Assembly (NCBI GenBank): GCA_964016885.1
Contig: OZ024754.1
Coordinates: 17,918,001 to 17,982,000 of the forward strand
Source: Eledone cirrhosa
Taxonomy: Eukaryota
Length of the DNA stretch: 64,000 nucleotides
Direction: 5' to 3'
Part shown: one piece after another, positions 14,332-26,800 of the stretch
How positions within the stretch are numbered: position 1 is the first letter of the stretch
Layout of the letters: each line of letters opens with the position of its first letter
Made by a program: the position numbers and the translations under genes
Notes under the pieces: generated by a model
What the model saw: the letters and a program-made list of their open reading frames with translations, nothing else
What the model was told of the DNA's origin: nothing
The model's database searches: none

Positions 14332-17300
14332 TGTAATGTAGAGAGAGAGAGAGAGATAGAACTGTAATGTAGAGAGAGAGATAGAACTGTAATGTAGAGA
14401 GAGAGATAGAACTGTAATGTAGAGAGAGAGAGAGATAGAACTGTAATGTAGAGAGAGAGAGAACTGTAATGTAGAGAGAGAGAGAGTGAACTGTAATGTA
14501 GAGAGAGAGATAGAACTCTAATGTAGAGAGAGAGAGAGTGAACTGTAATGTAGAGAGAGAGAGATAACTGTAATGTAGAGAGAGAGAAAACTGTAATGTA
14601 AAGAGAGAGAGAGAACTTTAATGTAGAGAGAGAGAGAGAGAGACAGAAAACTGTAATGTAGAGAGCGAGAGAGAGAACTGTAATGTAGAGAGAGAGAGAG
14701 AAAACTGTAATGTAGAGAGAGAGAGAGAAAACTGTAATGTAGAGAGAGAGAGAGAAAACTGTAATGTAGAGAGAGAGAGAGAGAGACAGAAAACTGTAAT
14801 GTAGAGAGAGAGAGAGAGAACTGTAATGTAGAGAGAGAGAGAGAACTGTAATGTAGAGAGAGAGATAGAACTGTAATGTAGAGAGAGAGAGATAGAACCG
14901 TAATGTAGAGAGAGAGAGATAGAACTGTAATGTAGAGAGAGAGAGAACTGTAATGTAGAGAGAGAGAGAGTGAACTGTAATGTAGAGAAAGAGATAGAAC
15001 TCTAATGTAGAGAGAGAGAGAGTGAACTGTAATGTAGAGAGAGAGAGATAACTGTAATGTAGAGAGAGAGAAAACTGTAATGTAAAGAGAGAGAGAGAAC
15101 TTTAATGTAGAGAGAGAGACAGAAAACTGTAATGTAGAGAGAGAGAGAGAGAGAGACAGAAAACTGTAATGTAGAGAGAGAGAGAGAGAGACAGAAAACT
15201 GTAATGTAGAGAGAGAGAGAGAGAACTGTAATGTAGAGAGAGAGAGAGAACTGTAATGTAGAGAGAGAGAGAGAAAACTGTAATGTAGAGAGAGAGAGAG
15301 AGAACTGTAATGTAGAGAGAGAGAGAGAACTGTAATGTAGAGAGAGAGAGAGAGAGAAAACTGTAATGTAGAGAGAGAGAGAGAGAAAACTGTAATGTAG
15401 AGAGAGAGAGACAGAAAACTGTAATGTAGAGAGAGAGAGAGAGAACTGTAATGTAGAGAGAGAGAGAACTGTAGTGTAGAGAGAGAGAGAACTGTAATGT
15501 AAAGAGAGAAAGAGAAAACTGTAATGTGAAGAGATATAAGTAAAATCAACCAAACAACCAACGAAGCAAACAAGAATTTCAATAACTTGGCAAGGCATAA
15601 ATGTCACTAAATCAATACTAAAGCTACAAACAGTGGAACATGAACAAATGTTAGCATGTAGGCAGATGTAGAGAGAGAGAGAGAGGAAAGGAAACAAAGA
15701 ATGCTAATGTAGACAATTATGAATGCTATAACAACCTGATATGAATGTTAACCCTTTAGCATTTACATTACTCTATATTTAATATTGTATTTTCATGGTA
15801 AACACTTTACCTCACATAATATTGAATCTACAAGATGTTGATGTTATTTATTTTGAGAATAATACCTTAACATAAGAATGAGCAGCTTGTTACAGCCGGT
15901 TTGATCGGGAAGAGGTGAGAGATTTCTGGCCAGATACGGCCAGTTTAAATGCTAAAGGGTTAAAGTAAGTAGCTATAATATGAATGATACAACATTCAGG
16001 TAAATAGGAGTGCAACAACAAGAAGCAGGAAATATGAGACACAAAACAGGCAAACACAAATACAACAAGAAGCAGTTCCAGACATATACACTAGCAAACA
16101 ATTTGATACAAGTACAACAGCAAGCAGTTTGATACAAGTACAACAGCAAGCAGTTTGATACAAATAGAACAGCAAGCAGTTTGATACAAATACAACAGCA
16201 AGCAGTTTGATACAAATACAACAGCAAGCAGTTTGATACAAATACAACAGCAAGCAGTTTGGGACAAATACAAGAGCAAGCAGTTTGGGACAAATACAAG
16301 AGCAAGCAGTTTGGGACAAATACAAGAGCAAGCAGTTTGATACAAATACAACAGCAAGCAGTTTGGGACAAATACAAGAGCAAGCAGTTTGGTAAAAAAT
16401 CTTGAAGCAAGCAATGAAGACAATTGCTCTATCACTGACAATGAAATTCTATGTCGAGCAGTTAAAAATGAATACTACAACATACAGACAGACATAAATA
16501 CTAACAGGAAGAGAGACAGATACTGACAACTGAGAGACATAGTTAGTGACAATAGAGAGACATAGTTAGTGACAATAGATAGACATAGATAGTGACAATA
16601 GAGAGACATAGATAGTGACAATAGAGAGACATAGTTAGTGACAATAGAGAGACATAGATACTGACAATAGAGAGACATAGTTAGTGACAATAGAGAGGCA
16701 TAGATAGTGACAATAGAGAGACATAGATAGTAACAATAGAGAGACATAGTTAGTGACAATAGAGAGACATAGATAGTGACAATAGAGAGACATAGTTAGC
16801 GACAATAGAGAGACATAGTTAGCGACAATAGAGAGACATAGATAGCGACAATAGAGAGACATAGATAGTGACAATAGAGAGACATAGTTAGTGACAATAG
16901 AGAGACATAGTTAGTGACAATAGAGAGACATAGTTAGTGACAATAGAGAGACATAGTTAGTGACAATAGAGAGACATAGATAGTGACAATAGAGACATAG
17001 ATAGTGACAATAGAGAGACATAGATAGTGACAATAGAGAGACATAGTTAGTGACAATAGAGAGACATAGTTAGTGACAATAGAGAGACATAGATAGCGAC
17101 AATAGAGAGACATAGATAGCGACAATAGAGAGACATAGATAGCGACAATAGAGAGACATAGATAGCGACAATAGAGAGACATAGATAGTGACAATAGAGA
17201 GACATAGATAGTGACAATAGAGAGACATAGTTAGTGACAATAGAGAGACATAGTTAGTGACAATAGAGAGACATAAATAGTGACAATAGAGAGACATAGT

Positions 17301-20300
17301 TAGTGACAATAGAGAGACATAGATAGTGACAATAGAGAGACATAGTTAGTGACAATAGAGAGACATAGATAGTGACAATAGAGAGACATAGATACTGACA
17401 ATAGAGAGACATAGTTAGTGTCAATAGAGAGACATAGATAGCGACAATAGAGAGACATAGATAGTGACAATAGAGAGACATAGATAGTGACAATAGAGAC
17501 ATAGATAGTGACAATAGAGAGACATAGTTAGTGACAATAGAGAGACATAGTTAGTGACAATAGAGAGACATAGTTAGTGACAATAGAGAGACATAGATAG
17601 TGACAATAGAGAGACATAGATAGTGACAATAGAGAGACATAGATAGTGACAATAGAGAGACATAGATACTGACAACTGAGAGACATAGTTAGTGACAATA
17701 GAGAGACATAGATAGTGACAATAGAGAGACATAGTTAGTGACAATAGAGAGACATAGATAGTGACAATAGGGACATAGATAGTGACAATAGAGACATAGA
17801 TAGTGACAATAGAGAGACATAGATAGTGACAATAGAGAGACATAGTTGGTGACAATAGAGAGACATAGATAGTGACAATAGAGAGACATAGTTAGTGACA
17901 ATAGAGAGACATAGATAGTGACAATAGAGAGACATAGTTAGTGACAATAGAGAGACATAGTTAGTGACAATAGAGAGACATAGTTAGTGACAATAGAGAG
18001 ACATAGATAGTGACAATAGAGAGACATAGTTAGTGACAATAGAGAGACATAGATAGTGACAATAGAGAGACATAGTTAGTGACAATAGAGAGACATAGTT
18101 AGTGACAATAGAGAGACATAGTTAGTGACAATAGAGAGACATAGATACTGACAACTGAGAGACATAGTTAGTGACAATAGAGAGACGTAGATAGTGACAA
18201 TAGAGAGACATAGATAGTGACAATAGAGAGACATAGATAGTGACAATAGAGAGACATAGATAGTGACAATAGAGAGACATAGATAGTGACAATAGAGAGA
18301 CATAGATAGTGACAATAGAGAGACATAGATAGTGACAATAGAGAGACATAGTTAGTGACAATAGAGAGACATAGATAGTGACAATAGAGAGACATAGATA
18401 GTGACAATAGAGAGACATAGATACTGACAATAGAGAGACATAGATAGTGTCAATAGAGAGACATAGTTGGCGACAATAGAGAGACATAGATAGTGACAAT
18501 AGAGACATAGATACTGACAACTGAGAGACATAGTTAGTGACAATAGAGAGACATAGATAGTGACAATAGAGAGACATAGATAGTGACAATAGAGAGACAT
18601 AGATACTGACAACTGAGAGACATAGTTAGTGACAATAGAGAGACATAGATAGTGACAATAGAGAGACATAGATAGTGACAATAGAGAGACATAGATACTG
18701 ACAACTGAGAGACATAGTTAGTGACAATAGAGAGACATAGATAGTGACAATAGAGAGACATAGTTAGTGACAATAGAGAGACATAGATACTGACAACTGA
18801 GAGACATAGTTAGTGACAATAGAGAGACATAGATAGTGACAATAGAGAGACATAGATAGTGACAATAGAGAGACATAGATAGTGACAATAGAGAGACATA
18901 GATACTGACAACTGAGAGACATAGTTAGTGACAATAGAGAGACATAGTTAGTGACAATAGAGAGACATAGTTAGTGACAATAGAGAGACATAGATAGTGA
19001 CAATAGAGAGACATAGATACTGACAACTGAGAGACATAGTTAGTGACAACTGAGAGACATAGTTAGTGACAATAGAGAGACATAGATAGTGACAATAGAG
19101 AGACGTAGATAGTGACAATAGAGAGACATAGTTAGTGACAATAGAGAGACATAGATAGTGACAATAGAGAGACATAGATAGTGACAATAGAGAGACATAG
19201 ATAGTGACAATAGAGAGACATAGATAGTGACAATAGAGAGAGACATAGATAGTGACAATAGAGAGACATAGTTAGTGACAATAGAGAGACATAGATAGTG
19301 ACAATAGAGAGACATAGATAGTGACAATAGAGAGACATAGTTAGTGACAATAGAGAGACATAGATAGTGACAATAGAGAGACATAGTTAGTGACAATAGA
19401 GAGACATAGATAGTGACAATAGAGAGGCATAGATAGTGACAATAGAGAGACATAGATACTGACAATAGAGAGACATAGATAGTGACAATAGAGAGACATA
19501 GATAGTGACAATAGAGAGACATAGATAGTGACAATAGAGAGACATAGATAGTGACAATAGAGAGACATAGATAGTGACAATAGAGAGACATTGTTAGTGA
19601 CAATAGAGAGACATAGATACTGACAATAGAGAGACATAGATAGTGACAATAGAGAGACATAGATAGTGACAATAGAGAGACATAGATACTGACAACTGAG
19701 AGACATAGTTAGTGACAATAGAGAGACATAGTTAGTGACAATAGAGAGACATAGTTAGTGACAATAGAGAGACATAGATAGTGACAATAGAGAGACATAG
19801 ATAGTGACAATAGAGAGACATAGATAGTGACAATAGAGAGACATAGATAGTGACAATAGAGAGGCATAGATAGTGACAATAGAGAGGCATAGATAGTGAC
19901 AATAGAGAGACATAGGTAGTGACAATAGAGAGACATAGATAGTGACAATAGAGAGACATAGTTAGTGACAATAGAGAGACATAGTTAGTGACAATAGAGA
20001 GACATAGATAGTGACAATAGAGAGACATAGATAGTGACAATAGAGAGACATAGATAGTGACAATAGAGAGACATAGTTAGTGACAATAGAGAGACATAGA
20101 TAGTGACAATAGAGAGACATAGATAGTGACAATAGAGAGACATAGATAGTGACAATAGAGAGACATAGATAGCGACAATAGAGAGACATAGATAGTGACA
20201 ATAGAGAGACATAGATACTGACAATAGAGAGACATAGTTAGTGACAATAGAGAGACATAGATAGTGACAATAGAGAGACATAGTTAGTGACAATAGAGAG

Positions 20301-20854
20301 ACATAGTTAGTGACAATAGAGACATAGTTAGTGACAATAGAGACATAGTTAGTGACAATAGAGAGACATAGATAGTGACAATAGAGAGACATAGATAGTG
20401 ACAATAGAGAGACATAGTTAGTGACAATAGAGAGACATAGTTAGTGACAATAGAGAGACATAGTTAGTGACAATAGAGAGACATAGATAGTGTCAATAGA
20501 GAGACATAGATAGTGTCAATAGAGAGACATAGATACTGACAATAGAGAGACATAGATAGTGACAATAGGAAGAGAGATAAATACCTCAGCAAATAGAAAA
20601 GGTTGAATATGAAAGCAAGCAATCTTACAAAAGTTTTACAGTATGCGATGAAAGAATGATGCAGCAATCAATGGAATTGAACAACATTAAATAACAAGCA
20701 ATATGGAGGTTAAAATAATCAAAAGAAGCAGACAAAACAAAACAAGCTAAGGCAAAATAAAACATATTAGTCACCTCGACTTTTTTCCTTAAATTGCGTT
20801 CTCTTTGTAATATCTAATACAAATTAGAAGAAAATATATGACATATATACATAT

Positions 20855-20895
<41 letters not shown>

Positions 20896-23800
20896 AATTC
20901 ATATACAGTGTACCCTCGATATTCTCGGTGCCGGTTATTCACAGAATTTTCCATAGAACCTAACTAATAATTGTTTGTGGAAACCAACGCATATTCGCGG
21001 AATTGTAAATATCTTCCGCAGTTGTTTTAATGGCTTTTTTCGTCGCAATATATATTTTTTTAAACACTAAATTATTAATAACAATATACCGTATTTGCTG
21101 GCCTATTCGAATCTCCTTTTTTTTTTTTTATTATATTTTACATTATATTTTGACATTTATAGGCATTTTTATGGACCACGTTAACTTGTCATACTACATT
21201 CTGTACACCTCAGGCGTGTACAAAACGAATTGAGTATGGAGAGGAGAGTAGTGAAGAAGCAGAGAAGTCAGACAACACTTAGACCTCACCTGCCAGTTTG
21301 CACCCATCTCTCTCGCACACATTATCCCCTCCTCACTTCTTCCACCCCCACTTTGCTCATCCAACTCTTTCCAGTATAGAAAAACACTTCCCTATCCCCA
21401 TATTATGACACAAAGATGGATGCAGCCCACCCCTTCCATGTCCAAACCATGCCAGCTGTAAAGCAGGGCATGCCCTACCCTGTATCATAAAATCCATTGA
21501 TCGAGTTTGTACCCAAGCTACCTTTCAATAGCCTTGTACACCTAGTTTCAAATAGGTGCTCTGAGGATGTACAATTCAGTGAAAACGTGTGTGATGTATG
21601 ATTTCTTAATTATCACTGCTTAACTAATACACTTCTACACTTCCAGCTACATATACAGATTGAAAGAAAATTCCATATACAAAAAGAGAAACATTCTCCA
21701 GGTTTCCAACAGACCAGGTGTGTCATTAGATATTGATATATCTACATACAATCGACAAGGTCCCCAACAGACCAGGTGTGTCATTAGATATTGATATATC
21801 TACATACAGTCGACAAGGTTTCCAACAGACCAGGTGTGTCATTAGATATTGATATATCTACATACAGTCGACAAGGTCCCCAACAGACCAGGTGTGTCAT
21901 TAGATATTGATATATCTACATACAGTCGACAAGGTCCCCAACAGACCAGGTGTGTCATTAGATATTGATATATCTACATACAGTCGACAAGGTTTCCAAC
22001 AGACCAGGTGTGTCATTAGATATTGATATATCTACATACAGTCGACAAGGTCCCCAACAGACCAGGTGTGTCATTAGATATTGATATATCTACATACAGT
22101 CGACAAGGTCCCCAACAGACCAGGTGTGTCATTAGATATTGATATATCTACATACAGTCGACAAGGTCCCCAACTGACAAGGGGTGTCATTAGATATTGA
22201 TATATCTACATAGTCGACAAGGTCCCCAACAGACCAGGTGTGTCATTAGATATTGATATATCTACATACAGTCGACAAGGTCCCCAACAGACCAAGTGTG
22301 TCATTAGATATTGATATATCTACATAGTCGACAAGGTCCCCAACAGACCAGGTGTGTCATTAGATATTGATATATCTACATAGTCGACAAGGTCCCCAAC
22401 AGACCAGGGGTGTCATTAGATATTGATATATCTACATACAGTCGACAAGGTCCCCAACAGACCAGGTGTGTCATTAGATATTGATATATCTACATAGTCG
22501 ACAAGGTCCCCAACAGACCAGGTGTGTCATTAGATATTGATATATCTACATACAGTCGACAAGGTCCCCAACTGACAAGGGGTGTCATTAGATATTGATA
22601 TATCTACATACAGTCGACAAGGTTTCCAACAGACCAGGGGTGTCATTAGATATTGATATATCTACATAGTCGACAAGGTCCCCAACAGACCAGGTGTGTC
22701 ATTAGATATTGATATATCTACATACAGTCGACAAGGTCCCCAACAGACCAGGGGTGTCATTAGATATTGATATATCTACATACACACACACACAATATTC
22801 TGAACACTTGTATAACCATGAAGAAATTATTTTAAAATATTTTTTATTTTCAAAATAATTTCTAGATAAATAAATAAAAAACTGGTAAATAAAAATTGTT
22901 AAAAAAGAAAAAGGATTTTCAGACTTACCCTTCCATTGTATCCGGAGGAGTTAATTAATGCATGGAGAGGAGTAGATGGTGTTGAATAGTTCACATTTAT
23001 CCTTTGGAATGGTGACAAGATATCACTCAAAGAAGATCGGCTTGAAGCTTTCTTGCCATCGGGCACCACTACTTTAACAGAATTAAAAAATATATATATA
23101 TATGACTGGCGTAGCAGCAGCATCGTTAACTGCTACAAGGGCAAAGGAGACGCTCTAGATAGGGGAAACTATAGAGGCATTAAATTAGTTGACCAGGTCA
23201 TGAAGGTCATAGAAAGAGTTATTGCACAACTAATCAGATATTGAATTGATCTAGATGAAATGCAGTTTGGGTTTGTGCCAGGTAAAAGTACCATGGATGC
23301 TCTTTTCCTTGTATGGCAACTACAGGAGAAGTACCTAGCTAAAAGTAAACTCCTCTACTTAGCTTTTGTTGACTTGGGGAAAGCCTTTAACAATGAATAT
23401 AGTGAAGTAGGTGCTCATCAAGGCTCTGTCCTTAGCCCACTCCTGTTTATTATTGCCCTTCAGGCTATAACAGGAGTTTAAGACTGGCTGCCCAGGGGAA
23501 CTTCTATACACAGATGATCTAACTCTCATAGCTGAATCTATGGCTGAACTAGAGAAGAAATTCCAAACATGGAAGCATGGGCTAGAATCAAAAGGCCTTA
23601 AAGTTAACTTGTCTAAGACTAAAGTTCTAGTATGTAGAAAGGAAAATAGGGCACAGGTGCCTTCTGGGAAATGGCCATGCTCAATGTGTAGGAAAAGAGT
23701 AGGCAGAAACTCCATTTTATGTCCCAAATGCAAACTATGTGTACATAAAATATGTAAACTATCTAAGAACGTAGATTTTATATGTAGCCGATGCTCAGAT

Positions 23801-26800
23801 GCAACAAGTAGATATTCTAAAAACTGAGAAAAATTAATCTGTAAGCACAGAATTAAATATTTCAAAAAAGTTACGACCAAATATTGCCAAAACTGGAAGA
23901 TATAACAGCGTATTGTGTTGTGTTGTAATACAGAAATATTTGATACAGTTTTTGGCTTACCGAAACTGCCTCAGATTATTAGCTTAATTCCTTTGTGTAA
24001 AGGATTTCCAAAGCTTTAGCAGAACAAAAATCACATGGTCTTTTATTTCTGTTATAAGATGCATGCATGCTCCGTTTGATGTGTAATAGTAATATACACA
24101 AATGGCAAAACATAAATAAACTTGGTGAGAAATTAGGAATAAGAGGGATCAGATGCAGTTTACTTGAGAGGTGATTACGTTGGTATGGTTATGTGATATG
24201 CATGAAAGACGACAGCTATATAAAAAATTGATGGAAGCTACAGAGTAGATAGACCAAGAAAAACCTGGGACGACATGATAAAATCTGACCTTGCACACTT
24301 ACACCTCTCTAAGATAATGTCACTGGATTGAGACCTTTGGCGCTACGCAGTAATACAGATGACCCGCCTTCCCATATGTACATAGTTAAACCTCCAGTCA
24401 GTAGGCACTTCTTAACCAAATATACACCCCAACCCACTACCCCGACTCCAACTGCCCACTCCTACCCACACTGCCCTTTCTCTGTAAAGTTATGTTAGTA
24501 CCACAGAATATCCAGTCCGCACTAAAGAGGTCGGGTAGGTGTCACTACAAAAAGCCCCCAGACCACACTGTAAAGTGGTTGTGTAGGAGACACGGTAAAA
24601 AGGCTCCCAGTCCACACTGTAAATGTGGTTGGTGTTAGGAAGGGCATCTAGCTATAGAAAACCTGCCAGATGCAGTCCTATACGAGCGAGACACGGTCAC
24701 CCGATGAATCTTGCCTCAAGTGGGACAATTCCTGTCTAACCCATGCTAGCGTGAAAGATGGACGTTAAACGATGATGATGATGGTAGAGTATAGTACAGT
24801 ATAGTATAATACAATATAATATAGTATAGTATAATATAATATAATAGAGTATAGTATAATATAATACAATATAATATAGTATAGTACAGTATAGCATAAT
24901 ATAATATAGTATAGTACAGTATAATATAATAGAGTACAGTAGAGTATAATATAATTGCTTCTACTTTTGGCACAAGGCCAGCAATTACACAGTGTATTAC
25001 TGGTACTTTATTTTACGACCCCGTAAGGATGAAAGGCAAAGTTAACCTCGGCAGGATTTGAACTAGGAATGGCAAGGGCCGTAACTCTATGTGTCAAAGC
25101 ATGGCGTCCGACCCTCTATCGATACAGCCAATCTACCGCCCTTATAGTACAGTATAGTATAATATAATACAATATAGTATAGTATAGTATAGTATAATAT
25201 AATACAATATAGTATAGTATAATATAATACAATATAGTATAGTACAGTATAGTACAATATAGTATAGTACAGTATAGTATAATATAGTATAGTATAGCAT
25301 AATATAATATAGTATAGTATAGTATAATATAGTATAGTATAGTATAGTATAATACAATATAGTATAGTATAATATAGTATAATACAGTACAGTACAGTAC
25401 AGTATAGTATAATATAATACAATATAGTATAGTATAATACAGTACAGTATAGTATAATATAATACAATATAGTATAGTATAATATAGTATAATACAGTAC
25501 AGTACAGTACAGTACAATATAATACAATATAGTATAGTATAATATAGTATAATACAGTACAGTACAGTACAGTATAGTATAATATAATACAATATAGTAT
25601 AGTATTGTAATATAATATAATACAATATCTATCTATAATATTAAAAAGCTGAGTGTCATGTGTATGTATTATGTATGTATCCTACACACCTCCCTATAGT
25701 TTCTTAGCTTTACTCTCTCCGTCACTCTTCCCTCTCTCTATAATTTAAGTGCTTTACTCTGTCACTCTTCACTCTCTAATATTATAAAGCCGAGTGTCGT
25801 TTCTCTTTCACCCTCCCTATAATTTAACTGCTTTACTCTCTGTCTCTCCTCACTCTCTATATGACAACACTCTTTTACTTTCCGTATCTACCTTCAATAT
25901 GTCAACATAGAGATGAGCGTCGTATGTATGTTTATTTCAAAAGGATAACCTCCTTCAAATTCGGTCAACACACAAGCAGGTAATACATACATCAAAAGGC
26001 AACCCTCTTAGAGAGACAGAGAGTGAAAGAGACAGATTAGGAAAACTACACACACACACATCTAAAGAGAGAGAGAGACAGGGAAAGAGAAACAGACGGA
26101 CGGGCAAACAGGTAATACATACATCTAAAATGATTTGGATATAAATATCATATAATGGTTGCAGAACGAAAATACAGACAAATATAATAATGTATGTATC
26201 CCACACACTTTTTCTGTCGTAGCTCGCATAACACACACACCTGATTTTGACAATTGCCGGATAACATAAAAAAAAAACAGACACACACATATCTATACTA
26301 TGTATGTATGTATGTAAGATCATTCCCCCTCTCTATAATTTAACAGCTTTACTCTATCTGTCGCTCTTCACTCTCTATATGTCAACACTGTTTAAGTTTC
26401 CGTATCTCCCTTCAATATATACAGAGAGAGAGAGAGAAAGATTTAGAGAAAGATTAGGAAAACTACACACACACATCTACAGAGAGAGATAGGCCGTTAG
26501 ACAGAGAGAGAGAGAGACAGAGGGGGGACCAGCAAGTGACCGTATTACCAATGACGTTAAATCAAGTATCGGCATTAAAATAATTTTGAAATAAACAATG
26601 TGTATGATCAAATGTAGCGGTGATTGAGTATAGTATAGAGCTAACCTGTTACAGATTGTTCAGTAGATGTTTTCTCACCAGAACAAGAATCCGAAGAATT
26701 CTCAGCATCGTTGGTTTCCACTAGATAATAGAAGATGGAGATATAAATTACTGAAGTATAAACTGGTTAGAAAGGACTGTCTCCTGCACTGGACAATAGA

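Noticed and set aside
12255-15530. Constant repeat with variable spacers, superficially CRISPR-like
   Set aside because: The spacers are only (AG)n runs, the repeat is 11 bp, there are no cas genes, and the context is a eukaryotic intron.
14518-20667. Numerous long ORFs (SLSLHYS, MSLYCH, LLLYLYQ types)
   Set aside because: These are translations of tandem repeats with no splice or homology support.
21700-22785. Palindromic tandem repeat as a CRISPR array
   Set aside because: The units are contiguous, with no unique spacers.
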